Below, piece after piece: positions 25,068 through 32,979 of a DNA stretch of 35,615 nucleotides. This DNA comes from Azospirillum sp. 51_20 (GTDB taxonomy: Bacteria; Verrucomicrobiota; Kiritimatiellia; RFP12; UBA1067), in assembly GCA_963600185.1 (NCBI GenBank), contig CAVCAF010000002.1, positions 1 through 35,615 on the forward strand. Direction: 5' to 3'. Under the pieces are notes generated by a model that saw nothing but the letters and a program-made list of their open reading frames with translations, ran no database searches and was not told the DNA's origin. The position numbers and the translations under genes were made by a program. Positions within the stretch are counted from its first letter, which is position 1, and every line of letters begins with the position of its first letter.

Positions 25068-26629
25068 TTAGACGCGGGCGCAGGTTCCTTCGGCTCGGGC
25101 AGAGGCGTTAAAAGCGGATCCGAATAAGGTGCAGAAGCGTCCACAACCGCGAAACTCACAAAACTAGGCGCACTCCAGCGCGTCCCTTTCGCCCGCGCAT
25201 AAACGGCGACATCCACCCGATTCGTAGGCGTAAGTAAGTCGCGCTTAATAACAATACGCGCCATATCCGCGCCTAGGGGCGTCACTTCCGCGGCATTCTT
25301 CTCATCTTGCACGACGGCAAAGCGATATTCCTCGCCCCCCGCGGCAGATACTACAAATGTCCGTTGCGGAGCCTCCGCACGCAAAACCGCCGCCCATGCG
25401 CAAGGCGCAACATAAGTAAGTTCAGGCCAGGCGGACTCCCCGTCACCCGCGAGTCCCGAAAGCCGTGTTATCGTCGCGATAGACGGCAACTCCGCCTCCG
25501 CAAGTGCCGCGGCGGAAGCTTCTAGCCGCTTAAGGTCAAGTCCGTTGGGCGGGAACGCCGTCGGATTCGCCTTCGGTGTAAAGTAGTCCTCGGGATTCGG
25601 TGCCGTCTTTAGCGACGCGCGCATAAGCATTTGCAGGACGGGTGCCCACATGCCCCGACGGAGAACCTCCTCGCGAACAGGACGCTTAAGCGCATTCCAA
25701 ACGCGAAGTGCCGCGCGCAGATAGTACTGATCAGACCAACTCGCCCCCTGCGCAACGAGCCAATAAGGTGTCATGGACGCGAACACATTGCCATTCGTTC
25801 CCACGGGCGGATAATCAAATGCCGCGGGGTACACCCAGAACTGGTTGGAGAGATAAAAGTTATGCATGAGCGGCAACCGCCAAGATTGGCTCGTCATAAG
25901 TGCACGCGGCAAAGATCGCCAGTAAGGTCCAACCGTCATTGCGCGACTTACATTGCCAATTACAGGATAAGGAAAAGCCGTGTTAGGCGCGTCAAGATCC
26001 ATGCCATGCTTGCGTCCGTCCAGATCAAACCCAATACTCGTCAGCCCCGGATAATTCGTCACGACGAGCTGGGAGTGCCCACCATCCCGATTAACATAAA
26101 GAAGCCCCGCGTACGGCTGATTCGCCATAACCGTAAGCCTCATCTGCGCGTCAAAACAACCTCTATCAAAGTCCCATAAGAGATTCTGTGCGCCAAGAAG
26201 TAGCGGCACCCCCGCGACACCTGTCGTATAAGTTACGGCGAGAGGTCCCGTAAAAATCGGGCGGTCACGGATTGAATCGGCGTATTCCAAAAGTTCCTTA
26301 AACCGCGGCAAAGCCGAAATGCGCTTTAGGTCATTATCTTCGCGCATCTTCTCTACATCGCGAAACCCGAGGTCAATCGCCTTCTCAAGTTCGTCAAACG
26401 CCAGATTGGGATTCTTGCAATAGGCGAGTGAACACGCGAGATTATAATGCCAAGTCGGCTCTTCAGGCAATAACTCCACGCCCTTCTTGCACGACTCAAT
26501 CATGGTCTCTGTATCGCCCTCACGCAAAGCGACGAGGAACTGATTGCGCAGTGTTTCATGCGTCTTCTGCCGCGCGGGATAATCCCACACCGTAAGAACA
26601 CCTAACAATAATGCCGCAATTACATTCAT
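25064..26629 (-). CDS. Exported or membrane-anchored protein with an N-terminal TPR-like module, unknown function
   Basis: I set the start at Met7 (MNVIAALLLGVLTV), which makes an ATGA overlap with the upstream stop. The N-terminus is hydrophobic, followed by TPR-like WHYNLACSLAYCKNPNLAFDELEKAIDLG. I do not recognise the remaining ~400 aa. Confidence 0.65.
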   Translation of the reverse strand: MNVIAALLLGVLTVWDYPARQKTHETLRNQFLVALREGDTETMIESCKKGVELLPEEPTWHYNLACSLAYCKNPNLAFDELEKAIDLGFRDVEKMREDNDLKRISALPRFKELLEYADSIRDRPIFTGPLAVTYTTGVAGVPLLLGAQNLLWDFDRGCFDAQMRLTVMANQPYAGLLYVNRDGGHSQLVVTNYPGLTSIGFDLDGRKHGMDLDAPNTAFPYPVIGNVSRAMTVGPYWRSLPRALMTSQSWRLPLMHNFYLSNQFWVYPAAFDYPPVGTNGNVFASMTPYWLVAQGASWSDQYYLRAALRVWNALKRPVREEVLRRGMWAPVLQMLMRASLKTAPNPEDYFTPKANPTAFPPNGLDLKRLEASAAALAEAELPSIATITRLSGLAGDGESAWPELTYVAPCAWAAVLRAEAPQRTFVVSAAGGEEYRFAVVQDEKNAAEVTPLGADMARIVIKRDLLTPTNRVDVAVYARAKGTRWSAPSFVSFAVVDASAPYSDPLLTPLPEPKEPAPASK

Positions 26630-27990
26630 TTGCCGAACCTCATCCAATTAGGCAACTTCACGAGCTTCGCCTCACGACTTTGGTTCGTCGCTAATGTCGC
26701 CGTCGTACCAATTGAAGGCGACTCAAGCGCGGCTAAACGCGTCATGAGCGTCTGTTGCCGCAAGGCTTGTTGCTGGCGCATACTCTCATTGCGTTGGCGT
26801 TCCGTAACCAATTCCTGCTCCCGCAGTTGCAACTTCTCACGCAATTCCTGAGCCTCCACGCGCAATTGCGTAAGATCCTTCATGCTCTCAGCCTGCCGCG
26901 ACCATTCATCTTGGCGACGCTTAAAGTCATTCGTCATCTCCTGGATACGCGCCTCATAAAGCCGCTTAGCCTTCTCATTCGCCTGCTGTACGTTCTTAAG
27001 CTCTTCTCGCAATTGTGCCGTTCGCGGATCTTCTGGACGATTCACGAGCGCCCGCCGCGTCATTTCTTCAGCGTCCGCCCCCGCCTGCTTTACGAGTTCA
27101 CGACGACGCGCGAGAAGGCGATCGATGCGGGCTTCAGCGCGTTGCTTAAAGTCCGCGAGTTCCTTCTTCTCTGCTTCCAAAACCGCGTCAATCTCGCCCG
27201 CTTCTGTCGTGATTAAACCATAGACTGCCGCTTGGATGTTGGCAATTTCGCTGGCGGTCTCGGGCAAGCGGCGCAACTCTGTCTCAAGCGCGACAATCTG
27301 CTCGCGCATTTTCGCCTCGCGCGAACTCGCATCCTGCGTTTCGGCAAGGAGCTTATTCTGCAACTCCTGTTCACGCTGCGCGGCAGATTGTGCCGCGTCA
27401 TCAAGGCGTTTTTGCAAATCAGCCGTATGACGACGCTCTTCCTCAAGTAAGCCTTCCAACTCCTTTACGCGCGTCTCATCGACGACTTTCTTCTCCACTA
27501 TCTTCTCAACAATCTTCTCAACTTCAACGGGAACTTCCACGCGCTTTTCTATTATCTTCTCAACGACCTTCTCCACAACGCGCACAGGCTCTTCGGGGAC
27601 TTCTTGCGCCTCAGCTGGGGGTTCAGGTGTCGGTTCCTCTTCTTTCATAGCCTCAGGACTCGGCTCTTCAACAATCTCCTCAACGACTTCCTCTTCAAAA
27701 GGTTCACGCGTCTCAATCATTGTCGCGTTTGGCGGGAGACGCCCCGAAGCGAGAAGCGCTTCCGCCGCCTTCTTATTAAACGGACCGCGCGGCGTGCCGT
27801 CCCCTAAATCAATCGAGAAGCGCATGTCGAGAAACGGAACTTCCTCCACGCGTTGCCAAACGACTTGGTCTTCAGAAACTTCTTGTCCAGGCTGGATGCG
27901 CCCAAGTTGCGCCCACTCTATAAGGCGCTCGCGCGTTTCAGGCCCGAAGGTTTCATCTTGCGTGCGCAAGTACCATGTTTTGTCGTTCAT
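26626..27990 (-). CDS. GYF_2 (DUF4339)-domain protein with a VEK-tetrapeptide array and a long coiled coil
   Basis: The N-terminus WYLRTQDETFGPETRERLIEWAQLGRIQPGQEVSEDQVVWQRVEEVPFL fits the GYF_2 pattern. Residues 137-170 form a (V/I)EK-hydrophobic array. Residues ~172-430 are heptad-rich and E/R/Q/L-rich. Confidence 0.75.
   Translation of the reverse strand: MNDKTWYLRTQDETFGPETRERLIEWAQLGRIQPGQEVSEDQVVWQRVEEVPFLDMRFSIDLGDGTPRGPFNKKAAEALLASGRLPPNATMIETREPFEEEVVEEIVEEPSPEAMKEEEPTPEPPAEAQEVPEEPVRVVEKVVEKIIEKRVEVPVEVEKIVEKIVEKKVVDETRVKELEGLLEEERRHTADLQKRLDDAAQSAAQREQELQNKLLAETQDASSREAKMREQIVALETELRRLPETASEIANIQAAVYGLITTEAGEIDAVLEAEKKELADFKQRAEARIDRLLARRRELVKQAGADAEEMTRRALVNRPEDPRTAQLREELKNVQQANEKAKRLYEARIQEMTNDFKRRQDEWSRQAESMKDLTQLRVEAQELREKLQLREQELVTERQRNESMRQQQALRQQTLMTRLAALESPSIGTTATLATNQSREAKLVKLPNWMRFGK
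27481..27582 (-). repeat. In-frame 12-nt periodic repeat encoding VVEKVVEKIIEKRVEVPVEVEKIVEKIVEKKV
   Basis: On the plus strand there are repeated atcttctcaac-type units. These are residues 137-170 of the 454-aa protein. Confidence 0.8.
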
Positions 27991-28616
27991 GATTTCCTCC
28001 TACTAAAAATACCAGCTAAGCCCGCGGCATTATGTTGCTGACGCGCGACTTGGGCGAGTTCACGCTGTGCGGCGGCTTCCAAAGCGGCGAGGCGTGCACG
28101 ATCAACTTTCGCGAAAGGCCCCGTCTGAGGTGGTGGAAGCGAAGCCTCGGTCGGCGACTGCGCCGCCTCAACAATTGCCGCGCGCGGCGGAGGCTCAACC
28201 TCAATTATGCGCTCGACGATCTTCTCAACGGGGACTTCCACGCGCTTTTCTACAATCTTCTCAACGACTTTCTCGACTATCTTCTCGACAACAACTGGCT
28301 CAGGGTCTTTGTCTACTGGGAGAAAATGCCGCCGATACACATTCGCCTGCTTGGGTATTTCGCCTGCCGTCGCGAGGCGAATAACTACCGCACGATTGAA
28401 AGGACCGAAGAACTTACCCGGCTCAGCTTCCACTACCCAGCACATCTCGAGCTCAGGCATCATCTGCGCGGGAATCCATTGTCGCCTATCACGCGACACA
28501 AAACCAGTAGGGTCAACGCGCCCTTCTTGCGCCCAAACCTTTAGTGTTTCACGGTCGGCTGGACCATACACCTTGCCATTCGCGGAACGGACATACCACT
28601 CTTCTGCTTCATTCAT
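27987..28616 (-). CDS. GYF_2 (DUF4339)-domain protein, short paralog of the downstream gene
   Basis: It has WYVRSANGKVYGPADRETLKVWAQEGRVDPTGFVSRDRRQWIPAQMMPEL, a second GYF-like module and a VEK array (residues 108-141). It makes an ATGA overlap with the downstream gene. Confidence 0.75.
   Translation of the reverse strand: MNEAEEWYVRSANGKVYGPADRETLKVWAQEGRVDPTGFVSRDRRQWIPAQMMPELEMCWVVEAEPGKFFGPFNRAVVIRLATAGEIPKQANVYRRHFLPVDKDPEPVVVEKIVEKVVEKIVEKRVEVPVEKIVERIIEVEPPPRAAIVEAAQSPTEASLPPPQTGPFAKVDRARLAALEAAAQRELAQVARQQHNAAGLAGIFSRRKS
28194..28295 (-). repeat. In-frame 12-nt periodic repeat encoding VVVEKIVEKVVEKIVEKRVEVPVEKIVERIIEVE
   Basis: This is the same unit family as 27481-27582. Segment 28226-28274 matches 27535-27583 at 45 of 49 nt by hand alignment. 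Confidence 0.8.
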
Positions 28617-28624
28617 ACACCTCT

Positions 28625-28633
28625 ATTATAGCA
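28625..28633 (-). promoter_or_regulatory. Extended -10 TGCTATAAT, 8 nt before the ATG of the GYF operon
   Basis: The reverse complement of attatagca reads TGCTATAAT. Only AGAGGTGT separates it from the ATG at 28616. Confidence 0.45.
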
Positions 28634-28648
28634 AAACGGCGCGTATTT

Positions 28649-28657
28649 TGGTATAAT
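28649..28657 (+). promoter_or_regulatory. Extended -10 TGGTATAAT, 7 nt before the ATG of tcdA
   Basis: This is an exact TGnTATAAT. Positions 28658-28664 (tctcttt) are followed by ATG at 28665, with no room for a Shine-Dalgarno. Confidence 0.45.
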
Positions 28658-28664
28658 TCTCTTT

Positions 28665-29429
28665 ATGCAAACTTCAACTTTTTTTGCGCGCACGGAACTC
28701 ATGCTTGGCGCGGCACTTATGCAACGCCTTGCCGCGACGCGTGTAGCGCTCTTCGGTACGGGCGGCGTCGGCAGTTGGTGCGCCGAAGCCCTCGCGCGGA
28801 CGGGTGTCGGTAAGCTCATGCTCGTTGACTCCGACTGCGTCGCCGCTTCTAACATCAACCGCCAACTCATGGCGACGACCGAAACGATCGGTGAACCCAA
28901 GGTTGAAGTCCTCGCGCGTCGCCTAAAAGCAATCAATCCCGCGCTCGAACTCGACATTCGCCGCGTCGTTTATGACGCGACTACGGCAGACTCCTTTAAT
29001 CTTGAAGGCTACGACTATGTCATGGACGCGATAGACTCGCTCACCGAAAAAGCCGCGCTCATTCGCCACGCGCTTTCAATCCCTACCGTCACGCTCTTCG
29101 CCTCAATGGGCGCGGCACTTAAGATGGATCCTGCCCAAATCCGCACGAGCCGCTTCCGTAAAGTGGAAGGCGACGGACTCGCCCGCGCCCTGCGCCAGAA
29201 GTTCCGCAAGACGGGCGGCATCCCCGCGCGCGACTTCCTTTGTGTGTGGAGTCCTGAACAGCGCACCAACCGCGGCACTTTTCAAGAGGAAGCCGCGTCA
29301 ATAGGCGAGCAAGATTGGAACGCGAGGAAAGCGCGTATTAACGGCACCGTCGCTCATACGACAGCCATCTTCGGGCTCACCCTCGCGAGCCTCGTTATTC
29401 GTGACCTCGAAGCGAAAACGAGCGACTAG
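28665..29429 (+). CDS. tcdA: tRNA threonylcarbamoyladenosine dehydratase (ThiF/MoeB-family E1-like)
   Basis: It has the Rossmann motif LFGTGGVGSWCAEALARTGVGKLMLVDSDCVAASNINRQ. The length (254 aa) and the lack of a rhodanese or MoeB C-terminus fit TcdA/CsdL. Confidence 0.8.
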   Translation: MQTSTFFARTELMLGAALMQRLAATRVALFGTGGVGSWCAEALARTGVGKLMLVDSDCVAASNINRQLMATTETIGEPKVEVLARRLKAINPALELDIRRVVYDATTADSFNLEGYDYVMDAIDSLTEKAALIRHALSIPTVTLFASMGAALKMDPAQIRTSRFRKVEGDGLARALRQKFRKTGGIPARDFLCVWSPEQRTNRGTFQEEAASIGEQDWNARKARINGTVAHTTAIFGLTLASLVIRDLEAKTSD

Positions 29430-30394
29430 CGCGTCCAAATACACATACCTATCTCTATACGCGAAGGGTTGATGATATTACCGGGTATCACCTTATCGCG
29501 AATCGTATAGTAAGTATCAAGGTCGTTCCATTTATTGCCCACGAGTTGCAGGGCTGTCACGCCTTTTGAGACGCGTCCCCGCGCCTTATAGCCACGCGCC
29601 TTTAGTTCCGCGACATCTTTCGGCGGCAGGCGAATAGAGGAACTCGTCTTAGGCTTCGCTGAAGCAGTTCCCGATTTGTAGGCGACGGACTTCGCATTCG
29701 GTGCGGGGTAAGTCGACCGCCAAGTATCCACATTCCCATAAAGCACCTTCTCTAGATAAGGGTCGCCGACAATAAGGCGCTTCGCGCGTGTATCCGCGTC
29801 ATAGGCGGGGCGCGAAGTTAAGCCGAGAACGCGGCGGACGCTTGGCATGGCGAAAAGCATGCCGCACCGCTTGCGTCCGCGATGTTTACGCTTTTGCCAT
29901 TTATTGGGTGCGCCGTATGCGACATGGCTATGGCAAACGACTTTATCATCACTTAGATGATACATCGCCTGTAATTCCTTTACAAGCCGTGCAATCGCCT
30001 TCAGCTGAATAAGCGGCATGGGCTTATCGTGATAGCCGACGCACTCAATACCAATCGAGAACTTGTCAACATCTTCCTTGCCCTTCCACATAGAACGCCC
30101 CGCATGAAACGCCTCACGATCACGGTCGACAATACGATAAACGGAGCCTTCCTCCGTGACACAAAAATGACATTCGCCGCGCTCCGAAAGTTTATTAAGC
30201 GAACCGCGTGCCGCGGCTTCAGTCGTATGTAAGACGATGAGTTCCGTTGAGGAACGGATGGCGCGTTCAGGGTTTCGCGGGCTTCTATAGCGATTAGAAG
30301 CGTCAATCGCGAAGGCGGGAGATGCGACGAAAAGCAAGAGCGCTACGCATGTCCCCGCGAAAAGTCGCCGCCTGCACTCTCCCCGCTTCTTCAT
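29426..30394 (-). CDS. N-acetylmuramoyl-L-alanine amidase (Amidase_2/PGRP fold) with an unassigned C-terminal domain
   Basis: It has a signal peptide (LLLFVASPAFA) and the blocks IVLHTTE...HFCVTEEGSVYRIV...AFHAG...FSIGIECVGYHD typical of Amidase_2. Confidence 0.75.
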   Translation of the reverse strand: MKKRGECRRRLFAGTCVALLLFVASPAFAIDASNRYRSPRNPERAIRSSTELIVLHTTEAAARGSLNKLSERGECHFCVTEEGSVYRIVDRDREAFHAGRSMWKGKEDVDKFSIGIECVGYHDKPMPLIQLKAIARLVKELQAMYHLSDDKVVCHSHVAYGAPNKWQKRKHRGRKRCGMLFAMPSVRRVLGLTSRPAYDADTRAKRLIVGDPYLEKVLYGNVDTWRSTYPAPNAKSVAYKSGTASAKPKTSSSIRLPPKDVAELKARGYKARGRVSKGVTALQLVGNKWNDLDTYYTIRDKVIPGNIINPSRIEIGMCIWTR

Positions 30395-30406
30395 CCCAGC
30401 CTCACA

Positions 30407-30874
30407 TTAGCGTAAGAGTACTGCCGCGTGGACGACAATGCCGCGCCCCGCGCCTACATCATCCATCTTCTCATTCGTCTTACCCTTGACGGATATCGCC
30501 GATACTTCTACGCCCATTATCGCGGCGAGGCGTGCGCGGATTTTCTCAATGTGGGGTCTTAAGCGCGGCGCTTCACAAATAACTGTCGCGTCAAGGTTTT
30601 CTATTTCATAGCCTGCCGTGCGCACTTCCTCAACTGCCGCGGCGAGTAACTTCGCTGAGTCTGCCCCAGCCCAGCGTGGGTCGTTATCGGGGAAGTGTGA
30701 ACCAATATCCTCATGGGCAATCGCCCCGAAGAGCGCGTCAATGATAGCATGAATAAGGACATCGCCATCCGAATGCGCCTTAAGTCCAGACGCATTCGGG
30801 ATGAGCACGCCGCCTAGCACCAAAGGCCGCGCGGCATCAAAAACATGCGAGTCGTATCCATACCCGATTCGCAT
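30407..30874 (-). CDS. ispF: 2-C-methyl-D-erythritol 2,4-cyclodiphosphate synthase
   Basis: Motifs are MRIGYGYDSHVF, AHSDGDVLIHA and ITVICEAPRL-like. The product is 155 aa. Its start shares 1 nt with the dapA stop (TAATG). Confidence 0.95.
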   Translation of the reverse strand: MRIGYGYDSHVFDAARPLVLGGVLIPNASGLKAHSDGDVLIHAIIDALFGAIAHEDIGSHFPDNDPRWAGADSAKLLAAAVEEVRTAGYEIENLDATVICEAPRLRPHIEKIRARLAAIMGVEVSAISVKGKTNEKMDDVGAGRGIVVHAAVLLR

Positions 30875-31749
30875 TAGACAAGCGCGAGATTCGCGAGCGT
30901 CCCACGCAAAATCGCGCGATTCGCCTCAGTCGTTTCACAAAGTGGCAGACGGAATGCGCGCGCAATCTGTCCGCGAAGTGCCAGTGCCTCTTTCACCATG
31001 ACGGGGTTCGTATCGATGAAGAGGTTGTGGAAGAGCGGATAGAAGCGTTGATGCAATTTACGCGCCGCGGCGAAATCTCCCGCGAGCGCAAAGCGCACCA
31101 TATCGCCCATTTCTTTCGGGATGACATTCGAGGCAACCGAAATCACGCCCTGCGCACCGACGGAAATCATTGGCAGCGTAAGCGAATCATCGCCCGAGAG
31201 CACCGTGAAATCAGGCACAAGGTTCTTAATCGCCGAGACGCGCTCAACCGAGCCCGCCGCTTCCTTTATCGCGATGATATTCTCGTGTTTGGCGAGACGC
31301 GCGACGACATCCAGCGGAATCTCCTTGCCCGCGCGTCCTGGTACATTGTAAAGGACGACAGGTAAACCAAGGTCGGCGACAGTCATGAAATGGCGATACA
31401 GACCTTCCGCATTCGGCTTATTGTAGTAGGGTGTTACCTGCAAACACGCGTCCGCACCGCCAATCGCGAGGACGGCTTTTGTGAGCGAAACCGCTTCCGC
31501 CGTCGCGTTCGCACCCGTACCCGCGACAATGCGGCACTTACCCGCCGCGAACTCAATCGTCTTTTCTATGACTTTATGATGTTCTTCGGGCGAAAGTGTC
31601 GGCGATTCGCCGCTCGTACCTACCGAGCAAATGCCTTCAACGCCCGCGGCAGTTTGTGCCTCAACGAGTGCTTTGAGTGCCCCATAGTCCACCGCACCTG
31701 ACGCCGTGAAAGGCGTCACCAGTGCCGTAATCGTACCTTTAAGTTCCAT
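30874..31749 (-). CDS. dapA: 4-hydroxy-tetrahydrodipicolinate synthase
   Basis: Motifs are GTITALVTPF, GICSVGTSGESPTLS, YNVPGRAG and IIAIKEA. The product is 291 aa. Confidence 0.95.
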   Translation of the reverse strand: MELKGTITALVTPFTASGAVDYGALKALVEAQTAAGVEGICSVGTSGESPTLSPEEHHKVIEKTIEFAAGKCRIVAGTGANATAEAVSLTKAVLAIGGADACLQVTPYYNKPNAEGLYRHFMTVADLGLPVVLYNVPGRAGKEIPLDVVARLAKHENIIAIKEAAGSVERVSAIKNLVPDFTVLSGDDSLTLPMISVGAQGVISVASNVIPKEMGDMVRFALAGDFAAARKLHQRFYPLFHNLFIDTNPVMVKEALALRGQIARAFRLPLCETTEANRAILRGTLANLALV

Positions 31750-31778
31750 AAGCGCGAAACCTCCTCGACGCGAATACC

Positions 31779-32870
31779 TTAACCGTTACGCTTCTCGAAA
31801 TCTTTCATGAAGCCAACGAGAGCTTCCACGCCCGCCATGGGGAACGCATTGTAGATTGTCGCGCGAATGCCGCCGACCGAGCGATGACCCTTAAGGGAGC
31901 TCATGCCAAGCGCCTTCGCCTCTTCCACAAAGAGCTTGTCGAGGTCGGCATTGGGTGTCGTGAAGGTGACATTCATATTCGAGCGGAACTCTGGGAGCGC
32001 AGTGCCCTTATAGAAGCTGCTCGCGTCCAATACATCGTAAATCTTCTTCGCCTTCTCATCGTTGAGCTTGAAGAGATTCTCTTTACCCATCTTCTTCACC
32101 CACTTCACGACCTGCCCGAAGACATAGATCGTGAAAGTCGGCGGCGTATTGTAAAGCGAGTTGTTGTCCGCGTGGGTGCGGTATTGAAGCATCGTCGGGA
32201 TCTTATCAATGCCCTTGGCGACGAGAGACTTCTTAATCGCGACGACGGCCATACCCGCGGGCCCGAGATTCTTTTGTGCACCCGCGTAGAAGAGGTCAAA
32301 CTTCGTATAATCACGCGGCGAGCTAAGAATGTCGGACGACATATCCGCGAAGAGGAGTCCCTTTACCTCAGGGATCTTCTTAAGTTGTGCACCCGAAATC
32401 GTCTCGTTCGTGCAAATATGGGTATACGCGGCGTTATCCGAAAACTTCCATTCGTTCTCGCGCGGCATACGCGTGGGGATATCTTTCGCACAGTCCGCGA
32501 CGACATTCACCGTCGCCCCACGGCACGCGGCGACTTTCAACGCCTCTTTCATCGCCTTGCCCGACCAAGTGCCCTCATTCGCATAGTCCGCCGTCGCGCC
32601 CGCACCCAAGAAGTTCATCGGGATCATCGCGAACTGCATTGACCCACCGCCCTGAATAAAGCAAACTTGGTAGTCGTCACCGATTCCCGTTAGCTCCTTA
32701 AAGTCGGCAATCGCTTCCTCATGAATCTGATCATAATCTTTGCCGCGGTGGGACATTTCCATAACGGACATCCCGCAGCCTTTGTAGTCCACTAAATCAT
32801 TCTGCACCTGCTGGAGAACCTCTAGCGGTAATGTAGCTGGACCTGCCGAAAAGTTATATGCTCGTGACAT
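31779..32870 (-). CDS. serC: Phosphoserine aminotransferase
   Basis: YNFSAGPATLP lies at the N-terminus and the length is typical of class-V aminotransferases. I chose the second ATG (32870) because AAAGGAA lies 7 nt upstream of it. Confidence 0.93.
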   Translation of the reverse strand: MSRAYNFSAGPATLPLEVLQQVQNDLVDYKGCGMSVMEMSHRGKDYDQIHEEAIADFKELTGIGDDYQVCFIQGGGSMQFAMIPMNFLGAGATADYANEGTWSGKAMKEALKVAACRGATVNVVADCAKDIPTRMPRENEWKFSDNAAYTHICTNETISGAQLKKIPEVKGLLFADMSSDILSSPRDYTKFDLFYAGAQKNLGPAGMAVVAIKKSLVAKGIDKIPTMLQYRTHADNNSLYNTPPTFTIYVFGQVVKWVKKMGKENLFKLNDEKAKKIYDVLDASSFYKGTALPEFRSNMNVTFTTPNADLDKLFVEEAKALGMSSLKGHRSVGGIRATIYNAFPMAGVEALVGFMKDFEKRNG

Positions 32871-32898
32871 TTCTATTCCTTTCAAAATTACTCCCTAT

Positions 32899-32904
32899 AT
32901 TATA
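32899..32904 (-). promoter_or_regulatory. Candidate -10 (TATAAT) for the serC-dapA-ispF-amidase string
   Basis: The reverse complement reads ggaTATAATatagggagtaattttgaaaggaatagaaATG. Confidence 0.35.
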
Positions 32905-32979
32905 TCCTTTATGTGCCTCTTTCGCAAGAGCAAAGATGAGCCGTTAACCTTTACTTCTAGGCTTCGGAGGCTTAGAGGG

